Origin: a bacterium
GTDB lineage: Bacteria; SZUA-182; DTGQ01; JAFGSM01
DNA: 63,084 nucleotides
Reading direction: 5' to 3'
Assembly (NCBI GenBank): GCA_049472335.1
Contig: JBLIRO010000023.1
Coordinates: 1-63,084, forward strand
Shown here: in pieces, positions 8,330 to 18,068 of the stretch
Layout of the letters: each line of letters begins with the position of its first letter
How positions within the stretch are numbered: the stretch's first letter is position 1
The notes under the pieces: generated by a model
The model's database searches: none
The model's input: only the letters and a program-made list of their open reading frames with translations
Told to the model about the DNA's origin: nothing
Made by a program: the position numbers and the translations under genes

Positions 8330-9492
8330 TGCTTATCAAACCACATGGCGGCCGTTTGATAAATCGGGTCCTGAATGAAAAATGGAGACAGAAAGCCCTT
8401 GAACGGGCCGGGAATATGCCCAGGATTATGGTAAGGGGCGATACCCTGGTGGATTTAGAGAATATTGCAAAGGGAGTATTCAGCCCTCTTGAAGGGTTTA
8501 TGGATGAGGTGGATTTTGAAAGCGTCCTCTCCCGAAAATGCCTTGCATCAGGTCTCCCATGGACAATACCCATATGCCTGGATGTGACAAGCAAGGTGGC
8601 CGAAGGGCTCGAAACCGGTGGAGAGTGCGCGCTATTAGACCTGAAAGGGGATGTGGCCGCTATTCTGCATATAAAAGAGAAGTATTACTACAATAAAAAG
8701 GAGCTTGCGGAAAAAGTCTTCCTTACATCGGATACGAAGCACCCCGGTGTTGCAAAAATCGAAGATATGGGTGAGGTGCTTATTGGAGGGAAGATAGATC
8801 TGGTTAAGGAACAAGAGGACCCTTATCATAGATATAATCTTACGCCTGCTGAGACCAGAGTACTGTTTAAAGAAAAATGCTGGAGGACGGTAGTGGCTTT
8901 CCAGACACGGAATCCGGTTCATCGCGCACACGAGTATATACAGAAATGCGCCCTTGAGATAGTTGACGGACTTCTGCTTCATCCTTTGGTAGGTGAGACT
9001 AAGTCGGACGACATACCAACGCACATTCGAATCCGATGCTATGAAGTCATAATCCAGACATACTATAATCGTAACAGGACCGTTTTTTCAGTATTACCGG
9101 TAAATATGCGCTATGCCGGTCCCAGGGAAGCCATATTTCATTCCCTGATCAGAAAGAATTATGGCTGCACACACTTCATTGTAGGAAGGGATCATGCCGG
9201 CGTCGGGAATTACTATGGCACATATGATGCCCATTACATATTTGACGAATTCGATCCTGCGACCATAGGTATACAGCCTTTATTTTTCGAGCATGCATTC
9301 TATTGCCGTGCTTGTAATGGGATGGCCTCAGCCAAGACCTGCCCTCACCCTCAAGAGGACCATGTTTTCTTGAGTGGCACCAAAGTAAGGGAGATGTTAC
9401 GGCAAGGCAAAATACCTCCAAAGGAGTTCACCAGGCCCGAGGTGGCAAAGATACTTATCGAAGGTCTTAAAGAAGCGGAGGTAGAGACATAA
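8329..9492 (+). CDS. sat: Sulfate adenylyltransferase (ATP sulfurylase)
   Basis: PHGGRL, SPLEGFM, AFQTRNPVHRAHEY, MRYAGPREA, HFIVGRDHAG, SGTKVR. Confidence 0.98.
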   Translation: MLIKPHGGRLINRVLNEKWRQKALERAGNMPRIMVRGDTLVDLENIAKGVFSPLEGFMDEVDFESVLSRKCLASGLPWTIPICLDVTSKVAEGLETGGECALLDLKGDVAAILHIKEKYYYNKKELAEKVFLTSDTKHPGVAKIEDMGEVLIGGKIDLVKEQEDPYHRYNLTPAETRVLFKEKCWRTVVAFQTRNPVHRAHEYIQKCALEIVDGLLLHPLVGETKSDDIPTHIRIRCYEVIIQTYYNRNRTVFSVLPVNMRYAGPREAIFHSLIRKNYGCTHFIVGRDHAGVGNYYGTYDAHYIFDEFDPATIGIQPLFFEHAFYCRACNGMASAKTCPHPQEDHVFLSGTKVREMLRQGKIPPKEFTRPEVAKILIEGLKEAEVET

Positions 9493-9585
9493 ACATATCA
9501 GAACATAAGGACTTAAAGGCGAGGAAAAAGAATATAATATAACAAAATACTTATTAATATTTGTCAAAGGTTTGAGGAGAAAAGG

Positions 9586-10218
9586 ATGAATGAGAAAGGA
9601 TTTACTCTTTGGTTTACAGGATTGTATGGCTCCGGAAAAACCACCTTGGCCAGAATGGCAGAAAAGGAGATCCTTAGCAGGGGTTTCAAGGTGGAAGTCC
9701 TAGATGGCGGAGCGATAAGGAACAGTTTAAGCAAAGGACTTGGTTTCAACAAAGATGACAGGGATGCCCACATAAGACGCCTTGGTTTTGTTTGTAATCT
9801 CCTTACCAGAAATGGTGTAGTTGCAATAGTCTCTGCAATTTCTCCCTACAGGGCCATTCGGGATGAAAACCGGGAACAGATCGGTTCATTTGTGGAGGTT
9901 TATGTAGAATGCCCGGTAAAAACATGTATGGAGAGGGATGTGAAAGGCCTTTATAAAAAGGCCGTTGATGGGGAAATAAGGAATTTTACAGGGGTATCCG
10001 ACCCTTACGAAGCCCCCCTGAATCCTGAAGTGAGGGTGGAAACAGATAAGGAGTCTCCCGATCAGTGTCTTGCAAAGATCCTGCGTGTGTTGGAAAAGCT
10101 AAACTATCTGCCGCCAAAGGGTGAGGATGCTGAAGATCCCTACCCCAATGAAGAGGTCTATTCGATAGAAGATGAAGATAAGATAAAGAAAAGGCTGGAA
10201 GACCTTGGGTATATCTAA
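9586..10218 (+). CDS. cysC: Adenylyl-sulfate kinase with acidic C-terminal extension ending KRLEDLGYI
   Basis: WFTGLYGSGKTT P-loop, LDG, AISPY, RDVKGLY, FTGVSDPYEAP. Confidence 0.97.
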   Translation: MNEKGFTLWFTGLYGSGKTTLARMAEKEILSRGFKVEVLDGGAIRNSLSKGLGFNKDDRDAHIRRLGFVCNLLTRNGVVAIVSAISPYRAIRDENREQIGSFVEVYVECPVKTCMERDVKGLYKKAVDGEIRNFTGVSDPYEAPLNPEVRVETDKESPDQCLAKILRVLEKLNYLPPKGEDAEDPYPNEEVYSIEDEDKIKKRLEDLGYI

Positions 10219-10230
10219 AAAAGAAAAATC

Positions 10231-11586
10231 ATGAGCTTGCCCTTTAGCCGTCTATTCCGCAAACATCGTGTTTTTGTTCTTAGTCTGGACGGGGTTCCAT
10301 ATTCTTTCCTGAAAGAACAAACGGCAAATGGAACACTGCCCTATATGGAGCGCCTCTTCAGGGAAGGTCCATTCAGCCGGATGAATTCCGTGATTCCTCC
10401 TGTTTCCTCCGTGGCCTGGTCCTCCTATATGACCGGAAAAAATCCTGCAGGCCATAATATATTCGGTTTTGTTGATCGTAAAATAAATCCTCTCAAGCTC
10501 TTTATTCCTACAGGCAGCCATATGAGGACAAAGACACTCTGGGAGAGATTGAGCGATGAAGGCAAAAAGGTCATCGTGATAAACATACCTGTTACTTCAC
10601 CGCCAAGGCCAGTGAATGGTATTCTCATTTCCGGCTTTCTTGCACCAAGCATTGATAAAGCCGTATACCCGCCCTCTCTTATTCCAAAATTAAAGGAATG
10701 TGGGTATCAAATAGATATTGATGCCCAAAGGGCAAGAAATGACCGCAAGTTTTTTGTGGAGGACTTGAACAGGTCCACAAGCAGACTTTTAGATATAGCA
10801 GTTAATCTAATGGAGGAATACCCATGGGACTTTTTTCATCTTCATATCATGGGAACAGACCGGATAAACCACTTTTTATGGGGGAGATGGGAGGACGGTG
10901 ACCCTTATTTTGCTGCTGCATTTGTAGATTACTATCGTTCTCTGGATCGATTTATCGGTCAGACACTCATACCCTTGTTAGAGTCTCAAAGAAATACCGG
11001 TCTTGTCATTCTATCCGATCATGGCTTTTGCCGGCTAAAAAAAGAGGTTTTTATAAATCATTGGCTAAAAGAGCATGGATGGCTCAAACTAAAATCTGAG
11101 GAGTCAAAGTCCATTGAAGGTATTCATCCGGATACAAAGGCATACAGCCTGATACCGGGAAGGATATATCTCAACCTCAAAGGGAGGGAACCTGAGGGCC
11201 TCGTAGATCCCCCTAAAGAGTACAAAGAAACATTGGAGCTGTTACGGGAAGCCCTTTCTCTTATTGAGGACCCCGAAACAGGTGAGAGAATTATTGACAA
11301 AATCTATATGCGTGATGAGATTTATTCCGGTCCGTTTATTAATCAAGCACCGGACATGGTCCTTATGCCTAATAATGGTTATGATCTGAAGGGGGACGTG
11401 AACCAGCAATACCTAACCAGGGAAAGCAATCTTGAGGGGATGCATACCTTTGATGATGCTTTCCTTTTCATTAAAGGACAGGAGATAAAAAGGAAAGGTT
11501 TCTCAATCCTGGATGTCACACCCACCATACTGGCCCTTATGGGATTCAAACCCTATCCGGACCTCGATGGCCGGTGTCTTATATAA
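10231..11586 (+). CDS. Alkaline phosphatase superfamily (nucleotide pyrophosphatase/phosphodiesterase-like) protein, no signal peptide
   Basis: LSLDG, PPVSSVAWSSYMTGKNPAGH, TDRINH, LSDHGF, GMH, LDVTPTIL. Confidence 0.9.
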   Translation: MSLPFSRLFRKHRVFVLSLDGVPYSFLKEQTANGTLPYMERLFREGPFSRMNSVIPPVSSVAWSSYMTGKNPAGHNIFGFVDRKINPLKLFIPTGSHMRTKTLWERLSDEGKKVIVINIPVTSPPRPVNGILISGFLAPSIDKAVYPPSLIPKLKECGYQIDIDAQRARNDRKFFVEDLNRSTSRLLDIAVNLMEEYPWDFFHLHIMGTDRINHFLWGRWEDGDPYFAAAFVDYYRSLDRFIGQTLIPLLESQRNTGLVILSDHGFCRLKKEVFINHWLKEHGWLKLKSEESKSIEGIHPDTKAYSLIPGRIYLNLKGREPEGLVDPPKEYKETLELLREALSLIEDPETGERIIDKIYMRDEIYSGPFINQAPDMVLMPNNGYDLKGDVNQQYLTRESNLEGMHTFDDAFLFIKGQEIKRKGFSILDVTPTILALMGFKPYPDLDGRCLI

Positions 11587-11753
11587 GATCAAGCTGTTGA
11601 AATCCAAGGGGCCCATCGGCTGGATCGTTTCATTAATGTTTGACCCTTATGTGCCTTTGTGATAGAGTGAGAGCGGATTTTACCATTTTTCATTTTCATG
11701 AAATCGTAAAAAACATTTTGTAAACTTTACCAAGGTCAAATAAAATTTTAAAA

Positions 11754-12566
11754 ATGGAAATTATTAAGAATTTAGAGTTTGATTGCATATTTTACCGAAA
11801 TAAGACTTTCTCCTTCAAATTCCCTCGGCTAAAAGCCATAGGCGGGTACTTCATATTTTTGATAATAATATTAATGCCTTTTTTAAGTCTGTGCCCTTCA
11901 AATGGAATGGCTCAGAATAATGCCAGGGTGGCTATAGATCCGGGTCACGGAGGAGAAGACAAGGGTTGTGTGGGCCTTCATGGCACAATGGAAAAGGACA
12001 TCACCCTTCAGATCTCAAAGAGATTGTCTGAGATTTTACATGAGCGTTTGGGTATTGAAGCGTTTTTGACTCGAAGAGAGGATTATTACGTTGATCTTAC
12101 CGAAAGGACAGGAAAGGCCAATAATAGCATGGCAGACCTTTTTATTGGTCTTCATGCAAACAGCACCTTTTCACCGGGGCAAACCGGACAGATCATGATC
12201 TTTATTACATCTGCAACGGAAGAAGGTCAATCCAGGGAGCAAAAGGCCATCCAATGGGATGTGGTACAAAACAAGTTTTATAACGAAAGCTTTCGGCTTG
12301 GATCCCTTGTCGCTGAAGAGGCAGGAAATAGCGGGCTCTGGCGAGAAGCCCTTATAAAAGAAGCCCCAATATTGGCCCTTAAAGGCGCCGGTATGCCCGC
12401 AATAGAAGTTGAGGTTGATTTTTTAACATCATCCCAGGGGGAGGAACGTTTAAAGGATGAATGGTATCAGGAAAGGATTTGTGAGGTTATATATCGGGCA
12501 ATAATTCGTTTTGGATTTACTTTGGAAGAAGATAAGAATGAGGATACGAATGAAAGAGACTGGTAG
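11754..12566 (+). CDS. N-acetylmuramoyl-L-alanine amidase (Amidase_3)
   Basis: AIDPGHGGED, EKD, LTR..D..V.L.ER, DLFIGLHAN, MPAIEVE; true start may be downstream. Confidence 0.9.
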   Translation: MEIIKNLEFDCIFYRNKTFSFKFPRLKAIGGYFIFLIIILMPFLSLCPSNGMAQNNARVAIDPGHGGEDKGCVGLHGTMEKDITLQISKRLSEILHERLGIEAFLTRREDYYVDLTERTGKANNSMADLFIGLHANSTFSPGQTGQIMIFITSATEEGQSREQKAIQWDVVQNKFYNESFRLGSLVAEEAGNSGLWREALIKEAPILALKGAGMPAIEVEVDFLTSSQGEERLKDEWYQERICEVIYRAIIRFGFTLEEDKNEDTNERDW

Positions 12567-13125
12567 CATAAAGATCTTTCTGATAGTTATATTATGTCTG
12601 ATTATTATGGGAGTGATAGTTTTGTTGTGGATGAACAATCTTAATTATAAAGAGTTGATCTCTCAGGAAGGCGAAAAAGGGCTTTCTATGCAGGAACCGG
12701 AGGATGTTTTATTAAGTGAGGTAAAGCTTTATTTTGGTGCAGACGGAAATGTCTGGCAGGTCGAGAAAAGGGAAATCAGCAGCCCTTCGATCCAATTAGA
12801 GGACAGGGTCAAAGATGTAGTGGATGAACTGTTGAAAGGTCCTGAAAAACTGGGATATACTCCCATTCCCAAAGGGACTCAACTCATCAGGATCTTTTTG
12901 GACCAGGATGGAATCGTATATCTTGATCTATCAGAGGATGTACGGGAGAATCATCCCGGCGGCACCTGGGGAGAGATGATGACTATTTATAGCCTGGTCA
13001 ATACTGTAATGGAGAACTTTAACACGATCAATGGCGTAAAAATTATGATTATGGGGAAGGAGATCGAAACCCTTAAAGGGCATATAGATACACGTTATCC
13101 TTTTTCATTTCGAGATTATCCATAA
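12550..13125 (+). CDS. GerMN domain membrane-anchored protein
   Basis: N-terminal TM, VKLYF, ELLKGP, IPKGT, YSLVNT, ETLKGHID; typical position upstream of murI; start uncertain (ORF from 12511). Confidence 0.88.
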   Translation: MKETGSIKIFLIVILCLIIMGVIVLLWMNNLNYKELISQEGEKGLSMQEPEDVLLSEVKLYFGADGNVWQVEKREISSPSIQLEDRVKDVVDELLKGPEKLGYTPIPKGTQLIRIFLDQDGIVYLDLSEDVRENHPGGTWGEMMTIYSLVNTVMENFNTINGVKIMIMGKEIETLKGHIDTRYPFSFRDYP

Positions 13126-13943
13126 TGAAGGATTCTGCTCTGACTCCTATAGGGGTTTTTGATTCAGGTTTAGGTGGCCTCACTGTATTGAAGGAACTTC
13201 TTAAAACACTTCCAAATGAGCAGATTATCTATCTGGGGGATACGGCAAGGGTGCCTTATGGAAACAAATCCCTGCAGACGGTTACCAGATATTCATTTGA
13301 AAATACGAGGTTTCTTTTAAAAGGGGGCATCAAACTCCTCATCGTTGCCTGTAACACAGCTTCCGCATATAGTATTGAAGCCATCAAGGGGGCATTTTCT
13401 GTCCCTTGTTTGGGTGTCATCCAGCCCGGAGCAAGGGCGGCTGTACAGAATACCCGTACAGGTAAAGTAGCAATAATAGGTACATCAGGGACTATTTCAA
13501 GTAAGGCTTATCCTAAGGCCATTACTGATTTAGCCCCGGAAATTGAGACTTATGTAAAGGCATGCCCCCTTTTTGTCCCATTGGTAGAGGAAGGTTGGAT
13601 GAATCATGAGGTTACCGAGATAGTTACCAGGACCTATTTAGACTCTCTGACAGGGATAGGAATTGACACAATGATCCTTGGATGCACTCATTATCCGTTA
13701 TTAAAAGAGGTTATATCGAGGGTCATGGGGCCTGAGGTCAGGCTGGTGGATTCTGCTGAAGAGACCGCAAAGGAGGCAAAAAACGTGTTAAAAGGTATGA
13801 ACCTTATGGCACCTCCCGACATGAAGGGAGGATACCGATTATTTGTAACGGATTTGCCTCAGCAGTTTTCCAAAGCTGCGAGACTCTTTCTTGGAGAGGA
13901 TCAGGTGTCCGTGGAGCAGATAACCCTGGATGAAAGCGTTTGA
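13125..13943 (+). CDS. murI: Glutamate racemase
   Basis: IGVFDSGLGGLTV, DTARVPYG, ACNTAS, LGCTHYP. Confidence 0.98.
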   Translation: MKDSALTPIGVFDSGLGGLTVLKELLKTLPNEQIIYLGDTARVPYGNKSLQTVTRYSFENTRFLLKGGIKLLIVACNTASAYSIEAIKGAFSVPCLGVIQPGARAAVQNTRTGKVAIIGTSGTISSKAYPKAITDLAPEIETYVKACPLFVPLVEEGWMNHEVTEIVTRTYLDSLTGIGIDTMILGCTHYPLLKEVISRVMGPEVRLVDSAEETAKEAKNVLKGMNLMAPPDMKGGYRLFVTDLPQQFSKAARLFLGEDQVSVEQITLDESV

Positions 13944-14058
13944 TATGGTGACTTATTAATCTTTTTAAACAAACAGAATGTCAGGTGAAAAAAGATTGTT
14001 CAATAACAACTCGAAAACCACAAGGTTTTGAATAACTACGATTGTACGGGGGAATATA

Positions 14059-14784
14059 ATGATAAGAAAGGATGATAGGACGGATGATGCCCTGCGCCCT
14101 TTTAAAATTACCACGGATGTGATGAAGCATGCTGAGGGATCAGCACTTATCGAGATGGGTGATACCAGGGTTATATGTTCTGCGAGTGTGGAAGAGAAGG
14201 TTCCTCAATTCCTGATAGGCTCAGGGCAGGGTTGGGTTACCGCGGAATATGGTATGCTCCCCCGTTCGACCTTAACCAGATCGGTTCGTGATGCTTCAAG
14301 GGGAAAGATCTCGGGCCGCAGTCACGAGATTCAGAGGTTAATAGGAAGGGCTTTGAGATCCGTTACGGATCTTCATGGAATGGGAGAAAGAACGATTTGG
14401 CTTGATTGTGATGTGATTCAGGCAGACGGCGGAACCAGATCTGCATCCATAACCGGGGCCTTTTGTGCCCTTTATTGTGCCATGAAAAAGATGAAAGAGA
14501 AGGGAGACATTCCAATCCTCTTGTTAAAAGATTATCTGGCAGCCGTAAGTGTAGGCATAGTGGCAGGATCACCGGTCCTTGATTTGGATTATGAAGAGGA
14601 TTCAAGAGCGGCAGTTGATATGAATGTAGTGATTACCGGTCAAGGCCTTTTTGTAGAGATTCAGGGGACCGCTGAGGAGGTCCCTTTTGAGGATTCCCAG
14701 TTAATGACGCTTCTTAAACTGGCAAAAAAAGGGATCACAGAATTAATATCGATTCAAAAACAAGTCTTGGGCCCGCTCTTTTAG
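14059..14784 (+). CDS. rph: Ribonuclease PH
   Basis: [42 protein letters not shown]. Confidence 0.98.
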   Translation: MIRKDDRTDDALRPFKITTDVMKHAEGSALIEMGDTRVICSASVEEKVPQFLIGSGQGWVTAEYGMLPRSTLTRSVRDASRGKISGRSHEIQRLIGRALRSVTDLHGMGERTIWLDCDVIQADGGTRSASITGAFCALYCAMKKMKEKGDIPILLLKDYLAAVSVGIVAGSPVLDLDYEEDSRAAVDMNVVITGQGLFVEIQGTAEEVPFEDSQLMTLLKLAKKGITELISIQKQVLGPLF

Positions 14785-14790
14785 TAGTCA

Positions 14791-15423
14791 ATGGATCTGA
14801 TAATAGCAACCCGCAACAAACATAAAATTATTGAGATCAGGGAAATCTGGTCCGATTTGGGTTTCCGCTTTCTTTCTTTGGATGATCTTTCTCAAAAGAT
14901 AGAAATCCGGGAGACGGGCCGAACCTTTTCAGAAAACGCCATTAAAAAGGCATTTCAAGTTGCGAACCGGATAAATGCTTTCGTGCTGGCAGACGATTCA
15001 GGGATAGAGGTAGAAGCACTAGGGGGTAAACCAGGTGTTGTCTCTGCCCGTTATGCGGGTCTTAAGGCAACGGATAATCAAAACAACCGAAAACTCCTGA
15101 ATGCATTACAAGGGGTAACCTGGGAAAAGAGAGGGGCGCGTTACCGCTGTGTGATCGCATTGATTGATTTGCAGAAAAAGATATATATATCTGAAGGATC
15201 ATGCGAAGGCATAATAGCTTTTAAGCCTTCAGGTAAGAGGGGTTTTGGTTATGATCCCATTTTTTATGTTCCAGAATACGGCATGACAATGGCCGGACTC
15301 TCATTGGAGGTTAAAAACAGAATCAGCCATAGGGCAAGAGCCTTACAAAAAACCAGAGAGATCATAAACCGCTTGTTGCCTGGAATTGGTGATATTGACT
15401 TAAATCCTTCTAATACGTTATAA
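14791..15423 (+). CDS. rdgB: XTP/dITP diphosphatase (Ham1 family)
   Basis: ATRNKHK, ENAIKKA, ADDSG, PGVVSARY, GFGYDPIF, KNRISHR. Confidence 0.96.
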   Translation: MDLIIATRNKHKIIEIREIWSDLGFRFLSLDDLSQKIEIRETGRTFSENAIKKAFQVANRINAFVLADDSGIEVEALGGKPGVVSARYAGLKATDNQNNRKLLNALQGVTWEKRGARYRCVIALIDLQKKIYISEGSCEGIIAFKPSGKRGFGYDPIFYVPEYGMTMAGLSLEVKNRISHRARALQKTREIINRLLPGIGDIDLNPSNTL

Positions 15424-15424
15424 T
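15395..15424 (+). promoter_or_regulatory. sigma70-type promoter for tRNA-Pro
   Basis: TTGACT-N18-TATAAT. Confidence 0.55.
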
Positions 15425-15508
15425 CACAATATAATAACTGTGTAATCAGATCGCGTTTGAAAAGGATTGGTAAGGATTATACCTGCCTGCTATCTATTCG
15501 ATTCATAT

Positions 15509-15582
15509 CGGGGCGTGGCGCAGCCTGGTAGCGCATCGGTTTTGGGAACCGAGGGTCGGAGGTTCAAATCCTCTCGCCCCGA
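15509..15582 (+). tRNA. tRNA-Pro (TGG), CCA not encoded
   Basis: CGGGGCG/CGCCCCG acceptor stem, D arm GCGCAGCCTGGTAGCGC, anticodon arm TCGGT-TTTGGGA-ACCGA, T arm GGAGG-TTCAAAT-CCTCT. Confidence 0.97.
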
Positions 15583-15646
15583 TCTTGTGGTATCTGATGA
15601 CTTATTTCAAGCAAAAGGATAACAAAAAAATAAGTAAGTAATAATT

Positions 15647-17806
15647 ATGTCTGATAAGTTGAAAAAATTCACGTCTATTTCCCCGGAGGAGGAAACCGAT
15701 GCCCCTTTCCTGGGTCGTTCTATCCTGATAGTGGACGACGACCGGTTGTCCAGGTCTTCAATGCTCAGGAACTTACAGAATGACAGCCAGGAGATGGGAT
15801 ATACGGTTAAAGGGAGTGAAAACGGATTTCAGGCATTAGATATGTTGAATACGGAATCATTCGATCTTGTTTTAACAGATCTTTTAATGCCTGACATGGA
15901 TGGAATTGAGCTTTTAAAGCAGATAAAAAAAAGGTCGCCCAAAACCGTAGTTATCATTATAACCGGCTATGGGACCTTGAGCTCTTCAATAGATGCCATG
16001 CGTTTCGGGGCATATGATTACATACTGAAGCCCTGGTCAGAGGGAGAACTGAGGCTCCGGATCAAAAAGGGATTGGAAAAGAGGATTCTTGAAGAAAGGC
16101 TAAAAGAATCTGAAGAGCGTTATCGGGACCTTTATAACAATGCGCCGGATATGTATTTTATGATCGATAATGAAGGGATAATCCGTGACGGCAATCTTGC
16201 TTTTCAGAAAACCCTGGGTTACGAATCCTCAAAAATAATAAATAGTCCGGTCTGGGATTTTTTGCCTGAGGAATCAGGCCTGACTGCCAGGAAGGCCCTT
16301 GCCAAAATAGCTGACGGGGCAGAAAAGATTGTGGGCCTGGATATACAGTTAAGGACACAAGACGGTAAATTGATCGATACAATCATGAACGCAAACATTG
16401 TCAGGATTCCCCACAGGGATAAATATCTGATAAGAACCATTCTCAGAGATATTACAGAAAGAAAGGCCCTTGAGAAGGAAATCGAAGACCAAAAGGATTT
16501 ATTGGATAGTATTGTAACCAATATGAACGATGGATTGCTCCTGGTGGATAAACAGTACAGGATTGAGTTTATGAACCGCAGTCTCATCCAGATTTTTGGA
16601 GATCACACAGGTGAGATTTGCTATAAGGCCTTTTCAAGTCTTGACAATCCTTGTGATTTTTGTCCTTTGGAAATGATACTTAAAAATAGAAGGCCCGGCA
16701 GGAATTTTATAACAAAAAATTTTAAGAGCCGTACGTTAGAGATATCCACTTCCGTCTTAAAAAGGAAGGGTGACGAACCTCGGATTCTGGAAGTTATCAG
16801 AGATATAACGGAACGTAAACTTCTTGAGGAACATCTAAAGGAATCCGAATATAAAAGGATCAAAGAGCTTAAAGAGCGCTATCAGTTTGGAAATATAATC
16901 GGCAAGAGCCACAAGATGCAAGAAATCTATGAGCTTATCGAGGTTGTGGCTCAGGGGACAAGCACCGTTTTGTTGCAGGGGGAAAGCGGAACAGGAAAAG
17001 AGCTCATTGCCAGGGCTATCCATTATAATAGCCCAAGGCATGATAAACCCTTTATTGAAGTGACATGTTCCGCTCTCTCAGAGCACTTATTGGAAAGCGA
17101 GCTTTTCGGACACGTACGGGGAGCATTCACAGGTGCCATAAGGGATAAGATAGGAAGATTCGAATTGGCAAACGGGGGAACGATCTTTTTGGATGAGGTT
17201 GGTGAATTAAGCCCTGCAACCCAGGTGAAACTTTTACGTGTCTTACAGGAACACACCTTTGAAAAGGTAGGGGGTGAACATACAATTAGTGTTGACGTAA
17301 GGGTTATAGCCGCAACAAATAAGGAGCTTCGTAAGGCGGTAGAAGAAAAGGAATTTCGGGATGATCTTTATTATCGCTTGAATGTTGTTCCCATATACCT
17401 TCCTCCCCTAAGAGAAAGAAAAGAGGATATACCCATTCTGGTTGAACATTTCGTGGAAAAATTTCGCATGCGGATGGGGAAAACTATCAAAGGGATATCT
17501 CCTGAAGCAATGGATCTGTTAATGGAGTATGATTGGCCGGGTAATGTGAGAGAGCTGGAGAATGCCATAGAGCATGGTTTTGTTCGTTCTAAAAGTGATA
17601 TTATAGAACACGGAAATTTGCCGAGGGATATCAGAGAGCAGCAACCCTTATATTATCAAGAAGATAGACAGGATTACGAGAAAAAATTACAACTTCTCCA
17701 GGTCCTTGAAAGACATAACTGGCATTTAGGTCATGCTGCGGAGGAATTGGGAATAAATCGTTCCACGCTCTGGAGGAGAATGAAGAAATACAAGATTAAA
17801 AAGTAA
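15647..17806 (+). CDS. sigma54-dependent transcriptional activator, REC-PAS-PAS-AAA+-Fis HTH
   Basis: [16 protein letters not shown] receiver, RDITERK x2, [48 protein letters not shown]. Confidence 0.95.
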   Translation: MSDKLKKFTSISPEEETDAPFLGRSILIVDDDRLSRSSMLRNLQNDSQEMGYTVKGSENGFQALDMLNTESFDLVLTDLLMPDMDGIELLKQIKKRSPKTVVIIITGYGTLSSSIDAMRFGAYDYILKPWSEGELRLRIKKGLEKRILEERLKESEERYRDLYNNAPDMYFMIDNEGIIRDGNLAFQKTLGYESSKIINSPVWDFLPEESGLTARKALAKIADGAEKIVGLDIQLRTQDGKLIDTIMNANIVRIPHRDKYLIRTILRDITERKALEKEIEDQKDLLDSIVTNMNDGLLLVDKQYRIEFMNRSLIQIFGDHTGEICYKAFSSLDNPCDFCPLEMILKNRRPGRNFITKNFKSRTLEISTSVLKRKGDEPRILEVIRDITERKLLEEHLKESEYKRIKELKERYQFGNIIGKSHKMQEIYELIEVVAQGTSTVLLQGESGTGKELIARAIHYNSPRHDKPFIEVTCSALSEHLLESELFGHVRGAFTGAIRDKIGRFELANGGTIFLDEVGELSPATQVKLLRVLQEHTFEKVGGEHTISVDVRVIAATNKELRKAVEEKEFRDDLYYRLNVVPIYLPPLRERKEDIPILVEHFVEKFRMRMGKTIKGISPEAMDLLMEYDWPGNVRELENAIEHGFVRSKSDIIEHGNLPRDIREQQPLYYQEDRQDYEKKLQLLQVLERHNWHLGHAAEELGINRSTLWRRMKKYKIKK

Positions 17807-17814
17807 TCACATCT

Positions 17815-17830
17815 TGTTCAAAAAGAGACA
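17815..17830 (+). promoter_or_regulatory. Candidate enhancer-binding-protein site TGT-N10-ACA
   Basis: TGTTCAAAAAGAGACA about 80 bp upstream of the -24 element. Confidence 0.4.
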
Positions 17831-17911
17831 TTTATGGTTTCATTAATCCGGATAGATTCTCACAATTACACTATTTTCTGATCAAATGCCGGTTGAAAAG
17901 GATGTGATTTT

Positions 17912-17927
17912 TGGTATCCATATTGCA
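17912..17927 (+). promoter_or_regulatory. sigma54 promoter for the 1305-aa protein
   Basis: TGGTATCCATATTGCA = GG-N10-GC, directly downstream of a sigma54 activator gene. Confidence 0.7.
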
Positions 17928-18068
17928 TAAATATTTTGTTTTATCATTGAGAAAGAGATCTGTTTTATTAAGATTGGAGGTAGAAATCTTAAGAATTAGC
18001 TAATTTATAATTTATGGCTTATAATTTGTTATTTAAATAATTGATTCAATACGTAAGAGGTATAATCT

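Noticed and set aside
8329..9492. sat as evidence of dissimilatory sulfate reduction
   Set aside because: Paired with APS kinase; no aprAB, qmo or dsr genes in the window
15509..15650. tRNA-Pro as integration site of a genomic island
   Set aside because: No integrase and no duplicated tRNA 3' end found in the window
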